Counted from the stretch's first letter, positions 34,830 to 45,447 are shown. The stretch: DNA of 64,000 nt from Verrucomicrobiota bacterium (GCA_037142835.1 JBAWZW010000001.1:4592-68591); one strand, 5' to 3'. Made by a program: numbers and translations. The notes: a model not told the origin generated them from the letters alone.

Positions 34830-35999
34830 ATGGCAGGATTAGTTATTAAACCACGCTCGCGGATTCTTCATGGGCATGACTGGGTCTACTCGAGCGAAGT
34901 TCTCAAGGCCTTTGGTGCTCCTCAGGACGGTGACGTCGTGGCATTAAAAGATAGCCAAGATCGACTCCTTGGCTCGGCGATTTACAACAGTCGATCGCAG
35001 ATCATTGCCCGACGCTTTTCCCGCCAACGGCAGGACTTAGATTTAGAATTTTTCACTCGAAGAATCGGTCTCGCTTTGGAGTACCGGTTGCGGCGCGGAC
35101 TCGATGCCCGGCTGTGTCGACTGGTTTGGAGTGAGAGCGATGGGCTGCCAGGGTTAATCGTCGATCGCTATGGAGATCATCTCGTCCTTCAGACTCTGAC
35201 CTTGGCCATGGATCAACGGAAAAATTTAATCGTTGAAGCCCTCCGCACCCTAGTGAAACCATCATCGATTTTAGAGCGAAATGACGCCCCAGTACGCAAA
35301 GCCGAAGGACTAGAGTTGGCTACTGGAATGCTCTTCGGTGAAGCTCCAGATCCATTTTTTGTGACGATCGAAGGACTGGAATTCGAGCTTGATCTAAGTC
35401 ACGGACAGAAGACGGGGTTTTACCTTGATCAACGGCCAAACTATGCGGCGGTGGCGGCATTGGCAAAAGGCCGAAAAGTCCTCGATTGCTTTGCCAATCA
35501 GGGAGCCTTTGCCTTGGCATGCGCGAAAGCTGGGGCCACCAGTGTCGAGGCCATCGAGATTAGTAGCGAATGTGTCGAATTAATCCGCAAAAACTCCCTG
35601 AAAAACTGCCTTGAAGTCAAAGCGGAGGTCGGAAATGTCTTCGACGTACTCCATGACCTTGAGCGGCAGAGTGCTCGATATGATCTGATCATTTTAGACC
35701 CTCCTTCATTCACGAAATCTAAAGGAAAGCTCAGCGACGCATTACGGGGCTATAAGGAAATCCATTTGCGAGCCTTGAAACTACTCAATCCTGACGGATT
35801 ACTCGCCACTTTTTGTTGCTCACATCATGTTCCCCGGGAGACTTTTCTCTCGGTAATTAATGAAGCAGTTGTCGACGCTAAAAAGACGCTCCGCCAGATC
35901 TCAGAGTTTTCCCAAGGGGCGGATCATCCGATCGTCACCACCCTCCCAGAGACGGAATACTTAAAGGGATTTTTATTCGAATTGATGCCAGGGCGCTAA
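34830..35999 (+). CDS. rlmI: RlmI-family PUA-domain SAM methyltransferase (23S m5C1962-like)
   Basis: GHDWVYS, SESDGLPGLIVDRY, GQKTGFYLDQR, LDPPSF and ETEYLK. Confidence 0.85.
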   Translation: MAGLVIKPRSRILHGHDWVYSSEVLKAFGAPQDGDVVALKDSQDRLLGSAIYNSRSQIIARRFSRQRQDLDLEFFTRRIGLALEYRLRRGLDARLCRLVWSESDGLPGLIVDRYGDHLVLQTLTLAMDQRKNLIVEALRTLVKPSSILERNDAPVRKAEGLELATGMLFGEAPDPFFVTIEGLEFELDLSHGQKTGFYLDQRPNYAAVAALAKGRKVLDCFANQGAFALACAKAGATSVEAIEISSECVELIRKNSLKNCLEVKAEVGNVFDVLHDLERQSARYDLIILDPPSFTKSKGKLSDALRGYKEIHLRALKLLNPDGLLATFCCSHHVPRETFLSVINEAVVDAKKTLRQISEFSQGADHPIVTTLPETEYLKGFLFELMPGR

Positions 36000-36180
36000 G
36001 TCGAAAAAATCTGGGTTGGCGCTTCAAAAAGGCTGGAAAACTCAGCGCGGAAATTTATCCTTCGGCGATGCCCATCAGCGACCACTCCCTTGAATTTTTT
36101 CTCAATGTTTTTCTGGAGACTCCCTCCTCAGAAATGCTTGCAAATCCTCCGACAAAAGAAGGAAAAAAAGAAGGGACGAA

Positions 36181-36465
36181 ATGAGTGCGAAACGAGAAAA
36201 GAACGATGCGAATGAATTGGAGCTGGGCCTCGAAAAGTCGAAAAACGGGAGGTCTAGAGCAAAAAAAAGCGGAGGCCAAACTTGGGAGAGCGGTTCGCGG
36301 GCATTGCCCGACCGTTGGCGTACCTATGATGCAAATGCGATGGGAAGTTCCTCAGGCAGACCTCGACGAGCAGATCAACGCAGAGGAGTCTGGGGATTTT
36401 TAGTCCTTTTCCCGACCTTCCTTTTAGTGGTTTATTGGCTCTATTGGACGATCACCCAGCGTTAG
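36181..36465 (+). CDS. Small protein with C-terminal TM helix
   Basis: Basic N-terminus and a hydrophobic tail GVWGFLVLFPTFLLVVYWLYW; purine-rich sequence upstream. Confidence 0.5.
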   Translation: MSAKREKNDANELELGLEKSKNGRSRAKKSGGQTWESGSRALPDRWRTYDANAMGSSSGRPRRADQRRGVWGFLVLFPTFLLVVYWLYWTITQR

Positions 36466-36485
36466 ACTCTGGGAGCTGGAATTCG

Positions 36486-37538
36486 TTAAGTGAAGGGCTT
36501 TTTGCGGTATTGATCTGGGCAGAGCGAGCGAAGAGCCACGTTAGAAAATGCCACCGGGACTGCCAAGGCAAGAGCACGATGGACGGTTGAACGGGGAACT
36601 TTCAACTTCTCATTCAAAGTCAACGGAGAGGTTTTCGCCATCAGCTTGAGGGTTTGCACACCGAGATACCAAGGGAGAAAGCATCCCGCTCGGATGCGGG
36701 GGGAGCGAAGCGCAGAGATATAGCGAAAACCATCTTCCAAATAAAGACTGGCCCGAGCATGCCAAAGGTCGAACACAGGCTGGGCCTTTGTCGGATCGTG
36801 AAGCAAAGGCGCAGGAGAAGTTCCTCCGGCCCGGAGCTCGTTCTCGGGAAGATAGCAACGACCCGCGTGCAGGTCCGCAGGGATATCCCGGAGAATGTTC
36901 ACAAGCTGCAGGCCTTTGCCAAAATTCACCCCTAATCGGCGTAAATCCGCTAACCCTAGCTCAGAACAATTTGGTAAGTGATGCAAACAGAGTCGCGTCC
37001 AAAATTCACCGACCGATCCCGCCACAAGATAAGCATACTCTTCGACTTCCGCGGCACTTTGCAGCGCGATGATCGGCCCATCCTCACCAAATCGGGTCAG
37101 ATCCAGAGTCTGGCCTCGAATGATTTTTTCCATCACCCCAAGGATTTCCCCACGATCCTTCTGGCCCACGCTGGCCAACCAACTTAAGCAATCGCCAAGA
37201 CAGGCGATCAGCGTGCACTCGCCATCGTGCGGCGAACTAATTTCTTGCCGTAATTCCTCTAAACCGGCCACGTCGCCAGTGCGAATCATTTGCCAGAGCG
37301 CACCAAGATGGCGCAGTCGGGTCGCCACAGGAATGGTGGTACTATCCGCGATCGTATCACTCGCCCGCGCAAGCAGATAAGCGAGTCCGATCGGACTCCT
37401 CAGAGGCGCAGGAAGGATGCGGATGCTCAGATAAAAAGAGCGAGAAACACTCGCCAATAAAGGCCCTCCGAGGTCTGTAGTATTGATTCGCACTGAATCC
37501 ATGGGGATCCATATTGACCACCCTGAGGAGAAAATCAA
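36486..37538 (-). CDS. Squalene/phytoene synthase family protein
   Basis: VSRSF, YLLARASDTIAD, YLVAGSVGEF and GKGLQLVNILRD. The start may be ATG 37502. Confidence 0.88.
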   Translation of the reverse strand: MIFSSGWSIWIPMDSVRINTTDLGGPLLASVSRSFYLSIRILPAPLRSPIGLAYLLARASDTIADSTTIPVATRLRHLGALWQMIRTGDVAGLEELRQEISSPHDGECTLIACLGDCLSWLASVGQKDRGEILGVMEKIIRGQTLDLTRFGEDGPIIALQSAAEVEEYAYLVAGSVGEFWTRLCLHHLPNCSELGLADLRRLGVNFGKGLQLVNILRDIPADLHAGRCYLPENELRAGGTSPAPLLHDPTKAQPVFDLWHARASLYLEDGFRYISALRSPRIRAGCFLPWYLGVQTLKLMAKTSPLTLNEKLKVPRSTVHRALALAVPVAFSNVALRSLCPDQYRKKPFT

Positions 37539-37605
37539 CTTAGCTCCGAGGTCGGCACGAAGATCGTCAAACCATTACCAACTTCTCACCACAAAAGCTC
37601 GCTGG

Positions 37606-38676
37606 TTATTCTTTCCCAACTGGCCGAACGAAGATTTTTTCTTTGGCAAAATTTCCCAGACCCGCCTCGGTCGCTCCTTCGAGCCAATCGGCACGCTTAC
37701 CGATCGGCGGAAGCTTCGCCTCTTTGCGCCAATCCTCAATCAAACGCACGGCCACAGAATCGAGAGCCACGGGATCAGTGCTCCCGTAAATCGCCCCCCA
37801 AGAAAAAGCATAGTTCGGATCAAAATTTGGGCCCCCAGCATACTGAGGTCGAAGAGCATCCATGATTGTCAAAACGACTTTGGGACCAATGCTCGGATTC
37901 GCGTAGAGGTCGGGAATCGCTTCGGCGCCTCCCTCAACTTGGGTAAAACGTCGCCAATTATCTAAGTTAGCAATCGTCATATTGTAGAGAGCTCCCGCCA
38001 CCCCACAAAACGCATCATTGGAAAGAACTGGCACATTAATCACTTTGGTGACCTCTTGACTAAGAACCTTGGCGATGTGACTAGCTGAGCTAAGTTGTTC
38101 GGCATCAGAAATGCGCTTTCCTCCGCGGCTCCGAGAATCTTGAAAAAGTACATCGCCCCAAATGAGTTTTCCGATGGTCGGCACGATACAGACGGCTTTG
38201 GGGTCGTACCCCACAACCGGAGGAATACTGCGAACCTGATAGCTCCCTCGTCGCTGAAGAAACCCCGCTGCTTGAAGTTTATCAGGATCACGATCCCAAA
38301 CGATGATCCGATTTGGCGGAATGCCCGCATCAGTAAGGCCGGCAACGACCGCCTCGACGATCCCCAAATGAGAAGCAAAATATCGCCCACCTGCCGCGCA
38401 GACCTTGATTCCAACTAAATCCGTGGGAGACACCAGCGACCTCCACGCCTGCCTCACATCCGGTTGCTTGGTGACGGCAAGAACGATTTGGTCGACCATT
38501 CGCCGCGTCACTGCAGGGTTCTCTTCAAGTTGAGTTAAGGCAAAAGAATCCTGTGCACAAAACACCGTCGAGACCGACGGAACTACTGGCAAAGGAGTCA
38601 CATCCGCGGCGAAGAGCGAGCGCAAACAAGTAAACAAAACCACCAAAAAACGCGTCGCCATCATTGGACTCATCAA
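37606..38676 (-). CDS. Exported DUF362-like protein
   Basis: Signal peptide; VGIKV, IIVWD, KVINVPVL, IMDAL and STDPVALD follow the DUF362 pattern. Confidence 0.7.
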   Translation of the reverse strand: MMSPMMATRFLVVLFTCLRSLFAADVTPLPVVPSVSTVFCAQDSFALTQLEENPAVTRRMVDQIVLAVTKQPDVRQAWRSLVSPTDLVGIKVCAAGGRYFASHLGIVEAVVAGLTDAGIPPNRIIVWDRDPDKLQAAGFLQRRGSYQVRSIPPVVGYDPKAVCIVPTIGKLIWGDVLFQDSRSRGGKRISDAEQLSSASHIAKVLSQEVTKVINVPVLSNDAFCGVAGALYNMTIANLDNWRRFTQVEGGAEAIPDLYANPSIGPKVVLTIMDALRPQYAGGPNFDPNYAFSWGAIYGSTDPVALDSVAVRLIEDWRKEAKLPPIGKRADWLEGATEAGLGNFAKEKIFVRPVGKE

Positions 38677-38774
38677 AACATTGGCCGGCGGTCAATCGGA
38701 GGAAGACAAATAACTTTCATGATAAGACTTAGACTCGGCAAATACGTGGACTTTGTCTGGGACATCAGTTCGGA

Positions 38775-39215
38775 TTATTCGCCAACTTGAGAAGGCGAAG
38801 TCTCCGAAATTCTCATGACCTCAGCGTACTCTTCCAGGGTGAGAGGCAACACTGAAAGACGAGACTGCTTGACCAATTTAATTTCGCGAAGAGCAGGATT
38901 AGATTTAATTTCCGCTAGCGTGACGGGACGCTGAAGCGGGCGAAGGGGAACGACGTCGACGCAAGACCAATCCCCATCCACAGCCGTAAAATCTGCATAG
39001 GCTGGAGCACTGACTTGGGCTAACCCGACGACCTCTTTTCCAACGACGCTATGATAAAAAAGGACCAAGTCCCCTTTTCTCATCGCCTGAAGATTGGCCC
39101 GCGCTTGAAAATTTCGAACCCCTGTCCAAGCGGTCACCCCATCGCGCACGAAGTCAGACCACGAATAAGCGGTTGGTTCCTGTTTCACGAGCCAGTAGTG
39201 CACATTCTTCGTCAT
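38775..39215 (-). CDS. EVE-domain protein
   Basis: YWLVKQEP, WTGVRNFQAR, GDLVLFYHS and SRLSV. Confidence 0.93.
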   Translation of the reverse strand: MTKNVHYWLVKQEPTAYSWSDFVRDGVTAWTGVRNFQARANLQAMRKGDLVLFYHSVVGKEVVGLAQVSAPAYADFTAVDGDWSCVDVVPLRPLQRPVTLAEIKSNPALREIKLVKQSRLSVLPLTLEEYAEVMRISETSPSQVGE

Positions 39216-39264
39216 AGATGGAGTCAGCCCAAGTTTGCACAAGGTGCAAGTGAAAAACATCAGT

Positions 39265-39294
39265 GAAGGCGCCCCCCTTGCGGAGAGCGCCTTC
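39265..39294 (-). terminator. Strong hairpin just 3' of rnpB
   Basis: On the - strand, GAAGGCGCTCTCC-GCAA-GGGGGGCGCCTTC followed by ACTGATGTTTTT. Confidence 0.6.
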
Positions 39295-39299
39295 CTTGG

Positions 39300-39718
39300 T
39301 GGCTGGCGATAAGCCGAATTCTGTCTCGGTTCGGTCACCCAAACCGCGTGATGATCATTTCTCTCAGTCTGCCGAAGCAGACCGCCGCGCTCCTCTCGAA
39401 ACGCTGGTGCGACTAATACCCAGAAGGTGCCACGCTTTCGCGTGGCGGGCAGGCGACCCACACTTCCTGTTTTGTCTTGCACCGCATGGGGTTTTTCGTG
39501 CCCCGACGCTTGCGCATCGGGCGGTGGGCTCTTACCCCGCCTTTTCACCCTAACCTCCGACTTTCACCAGAGGCGGTTTATTTTCTGTGACACTTTCCGT
39601 TGCACACGGCTTGGGCCGTGTACCCCCGCGCATTCTACGCGGCATGCTGCCTTGTGGTGTTCGGACTTTCCTCAAGGAAAAAGCTTACGCATTCCCCCAG
39701 CGATCATCTGCCAGCCAG
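39300..39718 (-). ncRNA. rnpB: RNase P RNA (type A)
   Basis: The - strand carries GAGGAAAGTCCGAACACC, AGTGTCACAGAAA, GGTGAAAAGGCGGGGTAAGAGCCCACC, GGTGCAAGAC and GACAGAATTCGGCTTAT. The termini CTGGCTGGC/GCCAGCCA pair. Confidence 0.96.
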
Positions 39719-40028
39719 TATCATTCTGATTGAATCGCCAAAAAAGACGAGCGTTGATTTGATTTCAAAAATCAACCGGGTTGTTTCCTAGAAGCCGACC
39801 CTGCAAAATACTTGGAACGGTCAAGTAACCTGCGGGGCTTTTCTCACGCCGATTTTTCAACCGGCGGGAGTGAAGGATGATGTCCAGTCTTGAGCACAGC
39901 ATCCAATAATCCTCAGGCCATAGACAGAGATCAATGTCCGCCCGGGATAATGCTCGGGCCACTCATTTACTGCTATGCGACAAGTACTTCCAGCATCGGG
40001 TGCACCAAAACACTAAGGCCGACCCCAT

Positions 40029-41237
40029 CTATCGGGTGGCCTCAGGAAGCAGAATCGATGCAGCTTGGGCAACATCCTTATCGCCCCGCCCTGAAAGATT
40101 CACCACAATGGTTTGATCGGAACTCATTGTCGGGGCGACTTTTAAGAGGTGCGCCACCGCGTGCGCCGTTTCAAGCGCTGGAATAATTCCCTCCGTTCTG
40201 GAAAGCCGCTGGAAAGCTTCAAGTGCCTCGTCATCCGTAGCAAAGTCGTAAGTGATCCTTCCTTGATCGCGCAGGAAAGCGTGTTCTGGCCCGATAGCCG
40301 CATAGTCCAGCCCGGCACTGACGCTGTGAGTCAACTGAATCTGCCCGTCGTCATCCGCAAGCAGATAGGTTTTTGTCCCTTGAAGCACCCCGAGCTTTCC
40401 CCCTTGAAAACGAGCGGCGTGATCCCCGTTGTGAATTCCTCGACCACCCGCTTCCACTCCAACCATTTGGACCCCAAGATCTTTTAAAAACGGATAAAAA
40501 AGACCGATCGCATTGCTCCCCCCACCGACACAGGCAATCAGTAAATCCGGCAGGCGTCCTTCACGCTCCAAAATCTGTCGCCGGGCCTCGTCTCCAATCA
40601 CCCGATGAAAATCTCGAACCATCATCGGATAGGGATGCGACCCAAGGGCACTGCCGAGAATATAGTGCGTCGAGCGCACATTGGTCACCCAATCCCTCAT
40701 CGCCTCGTTAATTGCTTCCTTTAGAGTTGCTTGGCCAGCCGTCACGGCCACCACCGAAGCACCGAGAAAACGCATTCGCGCCACATTGAGCGCCTGCCTT
40801 TCCATATCAACCGCCCCCATGTAAATAACACACTCCAGACCAGCTCGCGCGCAGACCGTGGCAGTGGCTACCCCATGTTGACCAGCCCCCGTTTCGGCGA
40901 TGATCCGCTTTTTCCCCATCCGCTGAGCCACCAGAATTTGACCAAGTGCGTTGTTAATTTTGTGGGCTCCCGTATGCAGTAAATCCTCACGCTTCAGGTA
41001 AATCTTCGCTCCACCCAATTGCCCCGTAAGACGTTCCGCAAAGTAGAGAGGAGTCGGTCTCCCAGCGTATTCACGAAGTAGCCAAGCAAGTTCCCGCTGA
41101 AATTCCTCATCAAGCCGGGCCACTTGGTACTCCGCACTCAACTCAGACAAGGCGGTCATCAAGGTCTCAGGAACGAACATCCCTCCGTAAGGTCCAAAGT
41201 GTCCGTGGATGTCAGGAAGCGAATGAAGATCGAGCAT
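40029..41237 (-). CDS. trpB: Tryptophan synthase beta chain
   Basis: [37 protein letters not shown] and NLSGRGDKD. Confidence 0.97.
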   Translation of the reverse strand: MLDLHSLPDIHGHFGPYGGMFVPETLMTALSELSAEYQVARLDEEFQRELAWLLREYAGRPTPLYFAERLTGQLGGAKIYLKREDLLHTGAHKINNALGQILVAQRMGKKRIIAETGAGQHGVATATVCARAGLECVIYMGAVDMERQALNVARMRFLGASVVAVTAGQATLKEAINEAMRDWVTNVRSTHYILGSALGSHPYPMMVRDFHRVIGDEARRQILEREGRLPDLLIACVGGGSNAIGLFYPFLKDLGVQMVGVEAGGRGIHNGDHAARFQGGKLGVLQGTKTYLLADDDGQIQLTHSVSAGLDYAAIGPEHAFLRDQGRITYDFATDDEALEAFQRLSRTEGIIPALETAHAVAHLLKVAPTMSSDQTIVVNLSGRGDKDVAQAASILLPEATR

Positions 41238-41295
41238 AAAGTAGTAAAATAAACCCCAGCGAAGAACGGGGCGAAAGTTTAAAATCGGCGTCCCA

Positions 41296-42168
41296 TTACT
41301 CCACAAATTCCAACTCTACGGGAGCAGGAATCAGGTTGGCGGCGTGCGCTTGAGCCAAAAATTCGCGGATCGCCGCCCGCCCAATGTCCCCGTAATCCAG
41401 AGTCATCTGATTCACATACATACCAATAAATTGATCAGCCAGTGCCGTATCGAGTCCACGAGCGAGGGGCATCGCGTGGGCTACCCCAGCACTTCGATGG
41501 TCTAACCCGTAGCGAATGCTCTCGAATAAGACGCGATTAATCGCACTCCGATCGGCGGGAGCAATGTCTTTTCGAATCACGTTTGCCCCCAGCGGAAGAG
41601 GCAACCCCGTTTTGATCTTCCACCAGACCCCGAGATCAAGAATAAGTTCCAACTGCTCCGCTTGATAAGTAAGCTGCCCCTCATGGATGATCAAACCGAC
41701 ATCCGCCAACCCACTTTTAACCGCACTAAAAATTTCGTCAAAAGGAACCACGACAACCTCCGCTTCACCAATCGCCAGTTGCAGGGCTAAATAGGCACTA
41801 GTCATTTTTCCAGGAATCGCAATCCGCTTTCCCCGCAACCAATCCCGCACCTCCCCAAAACGAGGATTTTCGCTTAATCCAACCCGGTTGTTCGCAACAA
41901 GCATCGGCCCATAACCATCTCCCATACTCGCTCCGCAAGGCAGCAGCGCGTATTTATCTAAAACGTAAGCGTAAGCATGAATGGAGATCGCCGAAATGTG
42001 CAACTCCCCTCGCGTGGCCCTCTCGTTGAGCGTCTGAATGTCTTGTAAAATGTGCTGGAACTGCCACCCACCAGTGGCAATTTTACCCTCAGCCAACGCA
42101 TAAAACATGAATGCATCGTCGGGATCGGGGGAGTGACCAAGAGTTAAAACTTGTGGCGGTGAGATCAT
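41296..42168 (-). CDS. mqnD: 1,4-dihydroxy-6-naphthoate synthase (futalosine menaquinone pathway)
   Basis: [26 protein letters not shown] and MYVN. Confidence 0.9.
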   Translation of the reverse strand: MISPPQVLTLGHSPDPDDAFMFYALAEGKIATGGWQFQHILQDIQTLNERATRGELHISAISIHAYAYVLDKYALLPCGASMGDGYGPMLVANNRVGLSENPRFGEVRDWLRGKRIAIPGKMTSAYLALQLAIGEAEVVVVPFDEIFSAVKSGLADVGLIIHEGQLTYQAEQLELILDLGVWWKIKTGLPLPLGANVIRKDIAPADRSAINRVLFESIRYGLDHRSAGVAHAMPLARGLDTALADQFIGMYVNQMTLDYGDIGRAAIREFLAQAHAANLIPAPVELEFVE

Positions 42169-42187
42169 CTGTTTTCGGAACTGTTAA

Positions 42188-42847
42188 TTACGCTGAAATT
42201 GAGCTTTTTGACGCAGTAACTTTCATCCCGAGAAAGTAAAGAATCCCAACCAGAAAGACCACACCGATCACCAAAGGAGACTCGGCCTTGACGGCGTCGA
42301 CCAATCGGACGGCATCCAGAGGCTCACCTTTCGGCAACCCTTCCCCGATTTTTGCCCCTAACTTTGCCAAAATGGAACACCAGATCGCTGCCCCGAACAC
42401 GGTGAGGATGCTGAATTTTAAAAAACCCATCCGAATGATTCCCGCAGGGATAGAAATGAGGTGGCGAATCACCGGAAGGAGCCGAGCAAAGAAAACCCCT
42501 CCCGCCTCATAACGACGGATAAAACGCTCCGCCCGCTCTAACTTTTCAGCAGGGATGAAAAAAAACTTTCCATAGCGCTCCACCAACGGACGACCGACCG
42601 CTAAACTCACGTAGTAAGTAATCGCTGAGCCCAGCCAAGACCCAAAAGTTCCCGCCAAAATCACCCCAGTAACGGACATTTTTCCACTTGAAATGGCCAA
42701 GATAGCCGCCGGCGGAATGACAACCTCACTCGGAACTGGAAAAATCGAACTCTCCATCGCCATCAGAACAATCACGCCCCAATAACCCCCATTTTCGACC
42801 CAGCCAAGCCAACAAATAATCCAGTGATGGAGAAGTTCATGCAACAT
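42188..42847 (-). CDS. DedA family membrane protein
   Basis: MESSIFPVPSEVVIPPA, ARLLPVIRHLISIPAG. Confidence 0.92.
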   Translation of the reverse strand: MLHELLHHWIICWLGWVENGGYWGVIVLMAMESSIFPVPSEVVIPPAAILAISSGKMSVTGVILAGTFGSWLGSAITYYVSLAVGRPLVERYGKFFFIPAEKLERAERFIRRYEAGGVFFARLLPVIRHLISIPAGIIRMGFLKFSILTVFGAAIWCSILAKLGAKIGEGLPKGEPLDAVRLVDAVKAESPLVIGVVFLVGILYFLGMKVTASKSSISA

Positions 42848-42971
42848 CCGTACAGTTTTTAAAGCGGATGCAAGTTTAGGGCAAACGCAAAGAACCACTC
42901 TCCTAGAAAATCCGGCGCCAGTCCCCAATTCCTCGCTGATACACTCACCAATTCACGCCCTTCGCCACCAC

Positions 42972-43097
42972 CTAGAGCTGCATCCAGCGAATCAGAAAAA
43001 GTAAAAATAATCCCCCAACAATCAGTTCCACACTGACCTGCCAGTTCGCTAGGCATCTCCCTTTCGCTAAAATGAGAAACCGAGGAAATTCGCGCAT
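42972..43097 (-). CDS. Possible 41-aa membrane peptide (not in the ORF track)
   Basis: Hand translation gives MREFPRFLILAKGRCLANWQVSVELIVGGLFLLFLIRWMQL*. Confidence 0.3.
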   Translation of the reverse strand: MREFPRFLILAKGRCLANWQVSVELIVGGLFLLFLIRWMQL

Positions 43098-43143
43098 AGT
43101 GCAATGCTTTAAGCATCTCTTATGCCCTCCATTCCACGGGAAA

Positions 43144-43455
43144 CTAAATAATCTCCGCTTCGTCCGGAAACCCAGAGTCCTGCCGAATGGAGTCCAATCG
43201 ACGCCTCATTCCCCGCTCGGATTCAGGGCGGTTCATCGCTCGGGTCACCATCCCAACCAACGCCGGCAATGCCAGCAAAGCCCCCACTGAAATCATCGTC
43301 GTAGCGGTCGTTTTCTGAGCTGGCCGACCTAGTTTCCCCGCAATTAATAGACCAATTCCACAACCAACGGCCGTTTGGGTGATCGCGAGCAGACTGGTTT
43401 GAAGTGCGGTAGAGGGCTTCGGCATAGATCCAAAACTACGCAGGGATAATGCCAA
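43144..43455 (-). CDS. Hypothetical two-helix membrane protein
   Basis: AVGCGIGLLIAG and ISVGALLALPALVG hydrophobic segments with a charged tail; start uncertain (43455 or 43427). Confidence 0.7.
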   Translation of the reverse strand: MALSLRSFGSMPKPSTALQTSLLAITQTAVGCGIGLLIAGKLGRPAQKTTATTMISVGALLALPALVGMVTRAMNRPESERGMRRRLDSIRQDSGFPDEAEII

Positions 43456-43504
43456 ATTGAAACTGGAATTTAGTCTTCATTACGTGAATTCCCCGTCTGC
43501 CCAT

Positions 43505-43972
43505 CTAAATCAACTGACAGGGAAGAGAAAATTTCAAACACCCCGCTCCAGCACAGAAATCTTCTAACTCAATGAGGATCAATGACCCTTTACGAATATG
43601 GATCGCATCGGAATCTGCAAAGCCTAATAAGTAAGCCACGAGTTCGCTAAAGTCAGGTTCGTGACCAACAAGGAAAATGGCCGACTCTTGCGCGTAGGCC
43701 AGCAACTCCTTCAGCGCCTCCTCAGGACGCATTCCACAAGCTAACCACGGCACAATCACCAGTCTCGAGCGTAGACGCTTCGCCAACGCCCGAGCAGTTT
43801 GATCCGCCCGGAGAATTGGACTGCTCAAAATAAATGACGCTTCCAACCCCTTCTCTTGGCAAAAGCGGGCCACCCTCTCCGCCTGCGCTAAGCCCTTCTC
43901 AGACAACGGCCGATCATCATCTTTCGCCGCGATCGTATCCGCGTTGGCATGGCGAAGAAGGTAAAGTTGCAT
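43505..43972 (-). CDS. sixA: Phosphohistidine phosphatase
   Basis: LYLLRHA, RPLSEKG, SSPILRADQTA and LVGHEP. Confidence 0.92.
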   Translation of the reverse strand: MQLYLLRHANADTIAAKDDDRPLSEKGLAQAERVARFCQEKGLEASFILSSPILRADQTARALAKRLRSRLVIVPWLACGMRPEEALKELLAYAQESAIFLVGHEPDFSELVAYLLGFADSDAIHIRKGSLILIELEDFCAGAGCLKFSLPCQLI

Positions 43973-44023
43973 CGGTCAAAAATTGCAGAACTTCCTAAAA
44001 TCGATTTCCTTCCAGCCCCCTGA

Positions 44024-44767
44024 CTACATCACCATGCCACCATCAACCTGCAAAACTTGACCAGTGATATACTTCGCCTCCGCGCTCGCTAAAAAAGCGA
44101 CAGCAGCCGCAACATCCGCAGGTTCCCCAAATTTTCCCAAGGGAATCGCCCGCATCACCCCTGCTTTGATCTCCTCAGAAAGCACATTCGTCATGTCTGT
44201 CCCGATAAAACCTGGGGCCACGGCGTTGCAAGTAATCCCTCGGCTAGCCAACTCCCGAGCGATCACTTTCGTCAACCCAATCAGCCCCGCCTTGCTCGCC
44301 GCATAGTTCGCTTGACCCGCATTCCCCATAATTCCCGAGACGCTGGCAATATTGATAATCCGCCCACTGCGCTGCTTAAGCATCGGTCGTTCAACCGCTT
44401 GAATGAGGTTAAACGCCCCTTTCAAATTGGTATCAATGACCACATCCCAATCCTCCTCACTCATCCTCATCGATAACCCATCGCGAGTAAGCCCCGCGTT
44501 ATTCACGAGAATATCAACGCGAGAAAAATCCGCTAAAACTTCCTCCACCAACGCTTTACATGCCTTTGTATCCGCCACATCTACCGCATAAGCCTTCGCC
44601 GAACCAAGAGATCTTCCGTTGATTTCTTCAGCGGTACGGTTGGCATTGACCTCCGTTCGACTAACCACCGCAACTTTGGCGCCTTCGCTCGCCAACTGGC
44701 AAGCAATCGCCTGACCAAGTCCTCTTCCCGCACCTGTAACTATCGCTACTTGATTCGCAAATCTCAT
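44024..44767 (-). CDS. fabG: 3-oxoacyl-ACP reductase
   Basis: TGAGRGLG, NNAGLTRD, GNAGQANYAASKAG and VAPGFI. Confidence 0.95.
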   Translation of the reverse strand: MRFANQVAIVTGAGRGLGQAIACQLASEGAKVAVVSRTEVNANRTAEEINGRSLGSAKAYAVDVADTKACKALVEEVLADFSRVDILVNNAGLTRDGLSMRMSEEDWDVVIDTNLKGAFNLIQAVERPMLKQRSGRIINIASVSGIMGNAGQANYAASKAGLIGLTKVIARELASRGITCNAVAPGFIGTDMTNVLSEEIKAGVMRAIPLGKFGEPADVAAAVAFLASAEAKYITGQVLQVDGGMVM

Positions 44768-44937
44768 AAAATATTCCTTACTTTCGACACTCCGAACGGA
44801 CCCTGTCGAGAACCATATGCGAGAGAATCGATCGCCACCCCTTTCCTCAATATCCACATTCGCAATCGCATATCCGTCTCGTCATTCCGCTAAAACGATG
44901 GTTGATTCCCCGCAAAACTTCATCGCAAATTACCCTT

Positions 44938-45447
44938 ATGACCTCCCTCAAATCCAACACCGCAAAGGAACCCAAGCGCCTTCCCGTGCTTCTACGCCGA
45001 GCGTGGTATGGGCTAAATCAAACCTTCCGCCAACGGATCGCCCATCTTGGAATCACTCCTGATCAATTCAGTATCCTTCGCTGGGTCCATGAATCTGGAA
45101 CTGCAGGCCTCACCCAACGCGCTTTAACCGATCTGATGGCTAGCGATTCCAGCACGATCGCTGGCACTCTCTCCCGCATGGAAAAGACGGATCTCGTCAA
45201 GCGACAACCTCACGAAAGCGATCGACGCGCTCGCCGAATTCAACTCCAACCCAACGGCATTAAAGCCCTCAGCGCTGGCCATACAATCGCCCAAGATCTT
45301 CAGGATCATATTCTTGAAGCGTTGCCGCTCATCCAGCGCGAGCTATTTCTCGCTAATCTCGAAGTCATTGCCGAGGCCTGCTCCGTCTCCCACACCCACA
45401 GTCTTCATCAAGAATCCTCCGCAATCCCCAAAGGGAGTCGCCCTTAA
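44938..45447 (+). CDS. MarR-family transcriptional regulator
   Basis: GITPDQFSIL, TQRALTDLM, LSRMEKTDLVKR and DRRARRIQL; divergent from fabG. Confidence 0.9.
   Translation: MTSLKSNTAKEPKRLPVLLRRAWYGLNQTFRQRIAHLGITPDQFSILRWVHESGTAGLTQRALTDLMASDSSTIAGTLSRMEKTDLVKRQPHESDRRARRIQLQPNGIKALSAGHTIAQDLQDHILEALPLIQRELFLANLEVIAEACSVSHTHSLHQESSAIPKGSRP

Noticed and set aside
39720-40028. About 300-nt gap between trpB and rnpB, with a 65-aa ORF preceded by an in-frame TGA (possible readthrough) and an imperfect hairpin
   Set aside because: The translation is not protein-like, there is no recognisable SECIS or ncRNA motif, and part of the gap must be the rnpB promoter.
44768-44937. TCGCA repeats and a distant ATATGCGA/TCGCATAT inverted pair as a MarR operator for fabG
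   Set aside because: The half-sites are about 45 nt apart and no compact palindrome can be defended.
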